The position numbers and the translations under genes are program-made. The notes under the pieces were generated by a model. It had not been told where the DNA came from. It worked only from the letters and a program-made list of their open reading frames with translations, and ran no database searches. From NCBI GenBank assembly GCA_973895155.1, contig OZ316891.1:20782169-20846168 (forward strand): DNA of 64,000 bases, given 5' to 3'. Below, piece after piece: positions 1 through 11,470 of the stretch. Position 1 is the stretch's first letter, and each line of letters opens with the position of its first letter. The stretch comes from Marsupella aquatica. Its lineage: Eukaryota; Plantae; Marchantiophyta.

Positions 1-1602
1 GATTTGATTAGCTGTTTTTTCTCACCATTGATGAAAGAAATGTATACCTCTATCACTTATTTGCTTCCCGCTGCCCCGTAATGCCCCCGGCCAATCCCTA
101 TGGGCCTGTCCTCCCTGCACAGTGCAAAGCACTGGCATAGGGCTTGTAAAATCAAAATGCACTTCAACTTCTGTGCAATACTTTCTCTGTCTTAATAACT
201 GTGTCGTAGTCAAGTACTCCTCCGGTGCAAGTCTCGACTCTGTGGAGTATCGAATATTGTGATATTGCTGTACTAGATTACTACAGTATATAAGCATGTC
301 AGTGCATTAAACATTCATTTCTCAACAAAGGAAACCTGTAGAGATAAGTATTGTATGACCTACAATACATTTGTAAGCACTCAGAGATTTGGCGTTTAGT
401 GAAACTAAGATGCATTTATAGAACCTGCATGCTTTCTACATTTTCCATGGGAATTTTTGGGGAGATAGCCCTGAGCCTGCACTTATCAACGTTATGCTTT
501 TACAGATGTTGCACTAGACACGCTCTACTGTGTTTAAATCTAGAAAACATCTATATGGATTAATCACCATAAATTGGGGCGTCTCAGAGGTCGATCCTGA
601 CTGGTGATGGCTTTGTGCCACAAACAAATGGCCTTAACATTTTCATGCAATTGTGTAAAAGTCTTGTTAAAGTTGTTTTCCCCTCGTCTTCACAGTGACT
701 TCCCTTCATGGCATATGATCATTCTTTATGGTAAGAAGTTGACGGGGGCTTTACAAGAATCCCGGACAAGAATGAATGGACAAACATTGAGAGATCACAT
801 TTGTTTTCAACAGGTCGATTAAGACTTCTCCTGACCAGAAACAATGGTCTGATATTAATGCATTTGATATTGTCATGACATGATGAGACAAGACCCAAAG
901 GTGGTCAAACTACAACTACAAATAAGCATCTTGGTGGTCTCAACCATCCTTCTTTTTAGTGGCAACATTCACCAGATTCCACCAAAAATTCATTAGATTT
1001 ACACCAAAAAGTAAAAGGAACCGGTTGTGGATTGCAGTTGACAACTTTAACTACCTTGGGAGAAAGTAGTCAAGATGTCATGGTGATCCTGAGTAACGGC
1101 ATGACATCTTGAGTCTTTCAGGTCCAAGGTTTTCAAGTCATCAAATTACCAAAACCAGTTTGATAATGTAATTGAAAGGAGCTGCAAATGGTAAGGAGAC
1201 CATTTACAGGTCAAATTTCAATCAAAAGTGTACATAGTGTTATCTGAGTAAATTTTAAATGTTCTGACCAAGTATGTCCAATCTTTTACACTCCATCTGG
1301 TCTCCATCTGGGCTTCATAGACAAAGTGGAGGTCTATCGGCAGGCTTTAGTTTCTTGGTTATTACTAATAACCCCACAAGATTAAATAACAATCATTTGT
1401 TCCCACCAGGATTTAAAAGTTAGACGAGTGATTTCCAAGGGCCTGTATGTGAATGGTTCTGATGAAATGTAAATGCTCTCTGAAGCTACAGTCAAATTTG
1501 GTACTCTCTTTCTTGTAAATGCCTCTACACTCTATCAAGCGATTAAGTATCCACTATCCCGACATTCGTTCATGCTCCAGAGCTTGACCTCGTCAGGATG
1601 AG

Positions 1603-1790
1603 CTTTACTTTGCACCATGACTTGACTTGCCTGGACGATTTTGTGGCAGGGCTGATCTCAGGAAGAATTTTACTTCACGCCATGACTTGACTGGAAGTTA
1701 TTGTGGCAGGGCTGGTCTCAGGGAGAATTTTACTTCACACCATCGATCATGACTTGACTGGAAGTTATTGTGGGTACATGACTTGCAATC
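1603..1790. repeat. Degenerate ~60-bp tandem repeat, about 3 copies
   Basis: TTTACTTCACRCCATGACTTGACTGGAAGTTATTGTGGCAGGGCTGRTCTCAGG-like unit recurs near 1605, 1669 and 1729. Confidence 0.7.
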
Positions 1791-2310
1791 ACAGTAGCTC
1801 TGCCAGGGCTCTTTGTGGTCACATTAATGTATTGCATACTGGTGCTTTTAGCTTGCCTACTGAAGCTCGATGACTGCAAACTGTGATCTGTCTTCCTGCC
1901 TGACTCATCCGCCCTGCCTGCCATGTGAGCTCATGTGGCCGCCAATACATTCACTCAAGGATTTGGATCGATCTAATGCGCAACGCGGGAGCCGGGAGAG
2001 TGGTAGAGCCGTAGAGCAATGCCACGCCGGAAGAGGCATATTTAGCTATGGAGTATGGGACAGCACAACGGAGTCAGTAGCTATAAAAGCTTGGTCTCCA
2101 AGTCTGCCATACTGTAATGAGCTGTATGGTGCCGTATAACAATACTGCGGTTCGAGAGGGAGCTCGGTTAGAGTAGAGTAGAGTAGTGTAGAGAGTAGAC
2201 CCATGAGGCCACAATTAATGAAATAGGTCACCAAGTCAGGAAAACGATACAATTTCCCTGAGAAAGGATCAGAAGAGTGACTGGAGTACATGTGTGAGAC
2301 GGTGAATGAA

Positions 2311-2329
2311 AACCCCAATTTAGACAAAA
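2311..2329 (+). repeat. Left terminal inverted repeat
   Basis: AACCCCAATTTAGACAAAA preceded by TSD TGAA. A subterminal CCAGATTTTATTAA (2349-2362) matches the right-end inner sequence, offset by 19 bp. Confidence 0.9.
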
Positions 2330-2742
2330 TTGGACTTCTGGACAATTTCCAGATTTTATTAAATACAATTAAATACAATTAAATACATTAAGCCCCATTC
2401 AAACCTATAATGATATTCTATAAATCAATCATACACTTGTGTTGTCATTGTCATTGATTAAACAAATTATGTGTACTCAAATCTTTAATCTCAAATTGCA
2501 CACTTTTGAGCGAGACCTTGAGCTATAGTAAGGGTCATTTACATAGAAATAAGGAAACATGTACAATCCATGGTTGGTTGTATTGCCTACAATAATCTTG
2601 AAATCTTTGGCGCCAAGCTATACTTGTCAAGTACATATTAAACTAAATTTACCAGTGTATCATAATAATGATACTTAATACTGCAGCTGCACTAAGTAAG
2701 TACTATCTTGTAATAACAATCATTTTGTATATCCAAGCAGAT

Positions 2743-5700
2743 CTATTCAACATTTTCTTCTCCATTTCCTGGTACCTCACTCTCAATGCATCTAGTAAGA
2801 TTATTTTGTGCTTTCTCAGCATGTCTTTTTGGAATTGAAATCAAACCAAATTTTCCAGTAGATCGCGATTTGAAACACCATAGCACAGTATTCACACTAA
2901 TTCTCTCTATTTCATACCCAGGATCACATTCCCATTTCTTGTTCCAACAATTGAGCCATCGTTCTTTTGCTTGCTCACATGCTGGTTGACCTCGTTTTTT
3001 TTGCATGACAGGTCGTAACCATCTCACATCACACATGTGTTCTATCTGGTTTTGATCATTTGGACTTCCCTCTTCCACATCACTCACCGCTTCTCCCAAA
3101 TAGATTGGGTAAGTATCCAAGTCGTGGGTGTCTGGTCTCACCATGACATAAACACCCTTTGTAACATCAATCCGTGGGTTAAAAACCTCACGTGGCTTAT
3201 CCTTCCAAGGCCCCACATAGTCTATTTGTGCATCCAACTCACACGCAACATTACGGTATGCTAATGGAACATGCTCCCTCCATTTGGATATAGGCCAAAA
3301 TCCGTGCACCAACTCATTTCCATCTTCCGGAAAATATTGTACTTCTATACCCAAAGTGCCTCTCACACGGTTCCAATATTCAATCAGTGACTCCCAACTT
3401 GTTTTTTGTTCCTCCACAATGTGACTTCTCCTCATGATCAATTCAAAAAAGTGCACTTGCTTCAGTAGACCTTCTCGAACCTCCTCCAACACTTTAACCT
3501 CTGTCATTGGTAACCTCTTTGGTGTTCCGGTTGGAAGGTTAGGACGTTTCTTGACTGTCCATGACCACATTTCAATTCCACCATTCGGAAGCCACCCTTG
3601 ATCCATTGCCTTTAGCTTGTATTGCATGCAAGGCATGCCATCCTCTCGAACATACAGTCGAAACACTCGAGGTTTCAAATGGCCCACCAATGTATCTCCC
3701 CCTTTCAACATATAAGGTGCTAAGTAACTTTTAAAATCAGGCACTTCTTGTACAAAATGGGGAACAGGATTTGGTTTTCGTGATTTCATTAGTAGCGACA
3801 TTAAATCTGGGAGAGTATACGATGGCTGCCTCATTAGAGCTTCCGAAAAATTACCAAACATTGCATCAACATCTTCATGAGTATGTCCGACCATCAGAAA
3901 TCCCAAATGAACTTCTTCGAACACCTCTCTCGCTGTCAAAAGTGACAAATATGCCAAAATGAATCTGTTTTTGTTATCTCCAGCACAATTATCAAGTTGT
4001 AACTTCAAGATCCTTGGCAATGGTCTATATAGCTGTGTCAAAGATGATGTTTCAGAAGCCCCTGAAAAATAAGAAATTTTAACAATCAGAACAATGGCAT
4101 GCATCTAGATTGTAATCTCAAGCACACTATTACTCAATCTCAACCAAAACAATATTTGAGATTTACCCACAGCCCACGGGTTGTAGCCTTTCTAAGAGGC
4201 TAATATTTTGGATCTAGAAATTAATTTAAAAAATGCGATTAGAAGATGAGATTCACTCCTAGAAGGATAGACTAGTTGCAACACCTAATCAATGCGTGTA
4301 CTTACCTAGACTATTGATATAGTCTATGTCTTCCTTGAATGCATCTTGAACCATTTCTCCCAAGACGGGCATTCTTCCAATTAACAAATTTGAAAAAAGC
4401 TCTGTAGAATTTGGTCCTTCAAGCAATGATTTCACCATTGGTACCGGATTTTCTAGCATTCAAAATATTGAATCCAAGGAACCAATGCAGGCATTAGGAT
4501 CAGCCGGCCACACTCCAATATTATACTGGGCAATTGCTTTTGGACCATGACCATGAGTCAAGATACCAGTAAGAGTAACCGGGACCCTCTGCACACCATC
4601 CAACGATTTTGGGCATCGTGGCATTCTCGGTAGTGCAGTCTTGCAATGATCCATCTTGTCGTGAATCATACACAAGACCTCCTTTGGCCTATGCACCGAT
4701 TCAAACCTCCAAGCATGATACAACATTCTCCCTTCGGTATGATCTTTGTGATGTCTGTCCTCATCAACCTTCAAAAGTTCCCTTTCCTCTCTTCCTCCAG
4801 TCATTTTGGATTTGCGTTCATTTAACTCACAACAAGTCGTGCACTTTGAGAAGTTACTCCCTTTCTTCTTTATCCCCACCTCCTTAACGTGATTGTTTCG
4901 CAGAACACTCATAGTCGGTTGGGAAACTGGACCAATACCAAACTCTTTGTTCCTAGAGTTCACCTTCTTTCTCAAATTCTCCCAATTCAAACCTATTGGA
5001 AGTTCTCTAAGTACTTGGCGGGTATTGTCATTCATAGTTCGTAACTTAGCTGGATGGTTATCTGCGCATTCGTCTATAATCCCTTTCATTGACATAAGCG
5101 CTTGGGAAACTCTTTCAGACATTCGTCGTTTTCCAAGATTCCCATGAGTACACATACTTGCCCCTGCCCTTACCATTTTCTTCACCTCATAAAACTGACT
5201 TCTTCCTTTTCCGTATATCACCCTCCACGCTTCCAGACAAACCCCTCTCCCATTGGTTCCCTCCATACCAACTATCACTCTACCGCTAACATCATGGACT
5301 GAGTTCACAATAGCAGTAACTTCATCTTCCTTCCGCATCTGATAGCTCTTTGCCCAATGTTTCTCTCGGAGATTATGTGCAAGGTCACGGTTAAAAAATT
5401 GGCAGCATTGTTCCTCACAACAATCCACCTTACTAATGTTTTTGGCATCCTCACGGTCTAGAAACTTGCTTTTCTTTGACAGTGAAATGTTGGCTACTTT
5501 ACTTCTCCTTGTAATGTTCACATAAGATCGCTTTCGACTGGATGCATCAATCTCTATAGGAATAGTGCCCTTGTTTGGAAAGCTCAACATATGACCTTCA
5601 CTAGCTCGCAACAAGCTGAGAGGCCAAGGGACAAGACAATTCCTGTATCTAAGGTGCTCATTTGTCGCGCCATCAACAAAATCAGTAATGAGTATCCCAA

Positions 5701-6187
5701 TGTGTGTGTCTCCGATGATAATTTCCCCTAATGTTGATCCTTGGGTCACAAAAGTAATCAGCGCTACAGCAAAATTAACATTTGCTTCATCAAACACTTT
5801 CACAACCATCCCAACTTGTGGTACAACTCGTCGGATAGTGCTAGGATCAACTTCCCCAGGGACACTATCACAGGCACTGTTAATATTGTCAACTTCATCA
5901 ACATGGACTTCAGGGTGTTTCTCTCTAAAGGGATGAACTCTGAGATCATTTTTATCCCAAACAAGAAAGGATCCAATCAAATGCTTCAAGTATTCTCCAT
6001 CAGAAAATATGAACTTTTCATCCAAACATTCAATAACCTCCACCATTACATGATCCGGACCTAACTCCACCGTGTGACAAATCCTGGTGGGATCACTACT
6101 AAAAATCTTTCCCATCCCAACCAATATCTTTGAGCCAAACAATCCGACCATGTCACCCACTTCAAAAGACAGGATGGTCGTAGACAT
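2743..6187 (-). pseudogene. Sola-like (DUF7869-type) DDD transposase, two exons (6187-4306, 4061-2743), ~1066 aa, one in-frame TGA at 4460-4462
   Basis: Motifs CC..CC, VCLEAWRVIYG, FSKCTTC, MIHDKMD, LQLDNCAGDNKN and FLMVGHTHEDVDAMF. The frame continues through the TGA (IF*MLENPVPMVK...INSL) to donor CTAG|GTAAGT at 4306/4305. The acceptor TTTTCAG|GG at 4062/4061 is phase-compatible. Confidence 0.85.
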
Positions 6188-6875
6188 TTTAGTTTTGCAA
6201 TAGCAATATATAATATTTGTTAGCCACTTTACATTATTCGGTTGCCCTTATCTCAAATTATCCGAATCCCAAAACGATGCCACTCTATCACAAAACTTTC
6301 TAAAAAAAAGAAGGTTCTGTAAAGATCAGAGAATAATGTTTTGGATATTATGTCATCTTTGTAGCTCAGATTGGAATTTAAGGTGCCCCACATCTGGGCT
6401 TTGTTGATTAACTTAACTCAAGGTATCAGTACCCTACCGCCCGCAGGTTGTGAACAATACTTATTGAGGTATCAGTACCCTGCCGCCCGTGGGTTGTGAA
6501 CAACATTGATTTCGCTTCATTCAAGAGATGCTCCCTCCAAGAAACAGTATTCTTTGTTATATATATATATATGTGCAACATCTACAAAAGGTGTCTAGCT
6601 AAGGGTTAACTGGCTCTAGTAAGTTTTGATACCAAGTATCATTGTGTACCCAACAATCAACTCAATACCCCACAATCCATGGGTTGCAGGGTACACAAAT
6701 TCATCGACCATTAGTAGGCTGGCGGCTGATAAACCTTATCAATAACTAGAATGTAATAACATTTTTATGAAAACATTACAAGAAATTCTCTTGAATTCTA
6801 TCAATCAGAGATGGAGGACCCTACAGCCTGTGGGTTGTGCGGTGTACAAATTTTAGGACCCCGGGTGTGGATATA

Positions 6876-6900
6876 TAAACCCTAAACCCTAAACCCTAAA
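6876..6900 (+). repeat. Short interstitial plant telomere-type repeat (CCCTAAA)x3 / telo-box upstream of the transposase
   Basis: TAAACCCTAAACCCTAAACCCTAAA. Confidence 0.7.
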
Positions 6901-7442
6901 TATCCCTATTTCCTCACGGGTTCCAAAGTAGGGTCACAAGAAATTATGATATTAATAATGAATATTGTCCCCTTTTGACACATGATAGTAGTTATCAAGG
7001 GTTCAAACTAGATTTGAGTTTATTCGGCTTATCAAACGGTTTAGATTTGATTTCCTGATTAAATTGTTTAATTTGTTACATGATGTTCGGATGTGGTCAG
7101 GAGTTCAATTTTAGGGTTGAGATCTCACTCCCTGACTGAATATTATGAAAATTAATAAGGGCTATTCAAAATTATGAAGGGCTATTTAAAATTGGTTTAC
7201 TATCTGAACAGATGATTGATGTTGTTTGTTCATAAAATGAGAAACACTTCACCTCAAGTGAGCAGCAAACTTAATTATTTCCAGCAACTGGTCAAGTCTT
7301 CAAGTGAAATTGTGATCTTAGATTTTGTGTTTTAAAGAATTTTAGGGTTTAGTAGTTACTCCAAAATTTTAGATTCGCGTACAACAAAATCCATTTCTAG
7401 AGCATATACAATATTGTATCCGATTCGAACTTTCACAAAGAA

Positions 7443-7505
7443 CATGAATTGAATGTGAGTACATGAATTGAATCTGAATCATGAATTGAATCTGAGTACA
7501 TGAAT
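7443..7505. repeat. ~19-bp tandem repeat, about 3 copies
   Basis: CATGAATTGAAT(G/C)TGAGTA repeated. Confidence 0.7.
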
Positions 7506-8509
7506 AGAGTTTACGTTCATCACATTAGAAACAAAATTGCTTTGATCAGTCACGGGATCGAAGAAATTTAACACACAGACTCAACCAGAAGAGATATAAA
7601 CAGGTTACAAATTGTACACAATGAACCAAACAATAAATTAGGGATTTGAAAGTAGACTGCATACCTTATGCTGAGTGACGACACTCTCTTGTAGCTTGAA
7701 TGTTGTTCCCGATCACTCCAGAGAAGCTAGCTCCTTATCGATCTCCTCAGGTAATCGAGCTCTCCCTAGATTACTCTCGGTCCTCTGATCGAATTGTCTC
7801 AACGTGGGTGACTTTCCTCGATCTAAATGAGCTCAGCCGGTAGTGCTCTCCTCTTGAATGACTCCTCTCCTCTAATCAAGCTCAGCCGGTTGAGCTCTCT
7901 CCCGCAAGTTTTAAGCTATTATGGGAGAGAGCCTTAACCGATCAAGCTCTCGACCAAGAAGTATCACTAAAACAATTGCTATACCTCAAACTTGAAACTC
8001 AGACGAGGATTGATTGAAGATGAATGCGCAATGTGAAATAAGCCAGTATCGTGACCACAACAAAGAGATTGCAAGACAAGCGAGACTAACGCGACCTTAC
8101 ACAAGCGGGTACACAAGAAACATGAGGACTGAAGTCGACTGAGGCTGGTGCAAGGCCTTACAAAAGAAACCTCGGCGAGAACTGAAGATTGAGGCCGGTG
8201 CAAGAGTCTGCATGACGATTCACGCTCACTCTAAGCATCATTCAAATTCAAATTTCAAATACAATTCTCTTGGAGGGAAAACTTGGATGCAATTTGACGG
8301 CCGGATCCACGTTTTGCTTATACTGTAGACGTTATAAAAATACGATGTTGGATCTACTATGTTTGTAATTACGTCAACACTTTCAACATTGCTTTTTCAA
8401 TCTGACAATACGTTACCTTCCAACATACAAACTAAATATTATTTCAGTTACGTTAAATATATGATTGGGATATTAAATGTACTGTAATATTACTATGGTA
8501 TATATTATT

Positions 8510-11150
8510 GTAAACATGGAGCATAGGGATACCTTAAGACAACCTCCTTAATTAGTTCAATTACACTATATATCCGGACCAGCTAGAGTTGCGCTAACAT
8601 GGAGCATGGAGATAATTTATCAAACCCCCTTCAACTATATATATATATCCAGCATTTATTAAACTATATTTCCATCCAAGGTTTCCCAAACATGAAGCCC
8701 ATGTGTACCTTATAAAATCCCTCTAGCTTGCATTAAGTTCTACTTCCTTCTAGGGTTGCACAAACATGGTGCATAGGTACTAATACTTTATAAACCCCCT
8801 TCAAAGTGGAGCATAGGGATACCTTATTATAATATCCCTCCAATTAAATTGCACTTCCTTCCATGTTGCACATACATGAAGCATTGGAGCATCACTCAGG
8901 ATAGTTACCTCATAAACCCTTCGAATTAAATTGTACTTCCAGTTAGTAGGGTTGCGCTAACTGTCCGGGTAACTGTCCCCCTTAATACTTTATAAACCCC
9001 CTTCAACTAACATGGAGCATAGGGATACGTTATAAATTAATACCAGCCCCTTCAATTAAACTAGATATATCTAGCTAGGGTTGGAGTAAGATGGAGCATA
9101 GCGACAAGGGTTGGACTAAGATGGAGCATAGCGACATGTTATAAACCCAACCCCTTAAATTAAACTAGATTTCTAGCTTGGGTTGCCCTAATTAACATGG
9201 AACATACTAGGGATAAATTGTAAACCATCCTCCATTAAACTATACTTCCAGGCATCCAGGGTTGCACGAACATGGTGCATGTACTACTGTACAGGTATAT
9301 TTTCTAAAACCCCGTTAGTTCCATGAAACTATATACTTCCATCCAGGGTTTCCTAAACATGAACTAAGCATTAGTAGCTCTAAGGTGTACCTTAATTATA
9401 AAACCCTGCTTGCACTAAGTTCTACTTCCTTCTACTAGGGTACCCCTTCCAACCTAATTGTACTTCCAGGTAGGGTTGAACTAAATACATGGAGCAGACT
9501 TAGGGATATATATATATATATATATGTACATTTAAAAACCCCTTGCTTTAAATTATACTTCCAGGCATCCAGGGTTGCACTAACATGGAGCATGGGTATA
9601 CGTTATAACCCCCTTCAATTAAACTAGATATGCAGCTAGGGTTGCGCTAATTAACATGGAACATACTAGGGATACGTTGTAAACCCCCTCCATTAAACTA
9701 TGCTTCCAGGCATCCAGGGTTGCACTAACATGGAACATACTAGGTATATTTTCTAAACCCCGAGTTCCATTAAACCAATGATATACTTCCATCCAGGGTT
9801 TCCCAAACATGAAGCATTAGTAGCTAGGTGTACCTTATAAAACCCTGCTTGCACTAAGTTCTACTTCCTTCTACTAGGGTACCCCTCCAACGTAATTCTA
9901 CTTCCTGGACCAGGTAGGGTTGAACTAACATAAAATTGAGCAGACTTAGGGATATATATATACGTACATTTTAAAACCCCTTGCATTATATTATACTTTC
10001 AGGCATCCAGGGTTGCACTAACATGGAGCATGGGTATACGTTATAAACCCCCTTTATTAAACTAGATATGCAGCTAGGGTTGCGCTAATTAACATGGAAC
10101 ATACTAGGGATACGTTGTAAACCCACTCCGGCGTTAAACTATGCTTCCAGGCATCCAGGGTTGCACTAACATGGAGCATACTAGGTATATTTTCTAAACC
10201 CCGAGTTCCATTAAACCAATGATATACTTCCATCCAGGGTTTCCCAAACATGAAGCATAATTAGTAGCTAGGTGTACCTTATAAAACCCTGCTTGCACTA
10301 AGTTCTACTTCCTTCTACTAGGGTACCCCTCCAACGTAATTCTACTTCTAGGTAGGGTTGAACTAACATACATGGAGCAGACTTAGGGATATATATACGT
10401 TTTAAAACCCCTCAGTTGCATTAAATTATACTTCCAGGCATCCAGGGTTGCACTAACATGGAGCATAGGTATACTTTATAAAACCCCCTTAATTAGTTCC
10501 ATTAAACTATATACGTTATTAAACCTTGCTTGCACTAAGTTCTACTTCCTTATAGGGTTGCCCAAACATGGGGCATAGGTATTTTTATAAACCCCCTTCA
10601 ACTAACATGGAGCGTAGAGATACCTTATCAAACCCCACGCCTTCAAGTAACATGCATGGAGCAGAGCAACACCATATAAAACCCCTTGGATTGAATTGCA
10701 CCTCCATCCAGGGTTGCACCACCATGGGAAATAGGGATCTACCTTATGAAATCCCTCGAATTAAATTGCCCAGGTTCCTTCCATGTTGCACACACATGGA
10801 ACCTAGGCTAGGGATACGTGATAAACCCCTCGAATTAAATTGTACTTCCAGTAGGGTTGCACTAACATGGAGCATGTATACTTATGGATACTTTATAAAT
10901 CCCACTTCAATCAATTAAACTATACTTCTAGCTAGGGTTTGACTAGCTAACATGGATATTAGGGATACCTTCTAAACTCCCCTAATTCAATTAAATTATA
11001 CTTCCATCGAGGGCTGCACAATGAACATGGAGAATAGCAATACCTGCTAAACCCTTCCATTAAATTAGACTTCTGTCCATTATTTACCCAAACATGGAGC
11101 ATAGGGCTACCTGATAAACCCCTGGCATTTAAGTATACTTCCATCCAAGG
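8510..11150. repeat. Internal satellite of the transposon: ~65-70-bp monomer with ~440-bp higher-order repeat
   Basis: The monomer resembles AAACCCCCTTCAATTAAACTATACTTCCATCCAGGGTTGCACTAACATGGAGCATAGGGATACCTTAT. Near-identical blocks are offset by ~440 bp (GATATATATA tracts near 9505, 9950 and 10388; duplicate spurious ORFs at 9619 and 10057). Confidence 0.9.
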
Positions 11151-11304
11151 AATCAACGTACTCAATCAAGTGATAGCATCAACGTACAGCAGGACGGGTA
11201 TTGTGAACTGGATGATGGTGACGTGTTTGCTCACTCGCGCGTGCACTAGATGATGGCGACGTTTTTCCCCACTCGCGCCTGTTTGAGTACTACCGATCAC
11301 GTTC

Positions 11305-11470
11305 AAGAACTGAATCAAATGATTCAGACTGCCAAAGACACCGAGTCGACATTGTGCGGAAGAACTGAATCGAACAAGTCAGATTGCCGAAGACACCGAG
11401 TCGACATTGTGAGGAAGAACTAAAGCGAACGAGTCAGACTGAAGGGAGTCGTCGACATTGTGCGGAAGGG
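11305..11470. repeat. ~55-bp tandem repeat, about 3 copies
   Basis: AAGAACTGAATC...TCAGA(C/T)TGCC.AAGACACCGAGTCGACATTGTG(C/A)GG repeated. Confidence 0.7.

Noticed and set aside
9619-11165. Duplicated small ORFs (MFGKPWMEVYHW...)
   Set aside because: They are products of the satellite repeat, with no sign of real coding.
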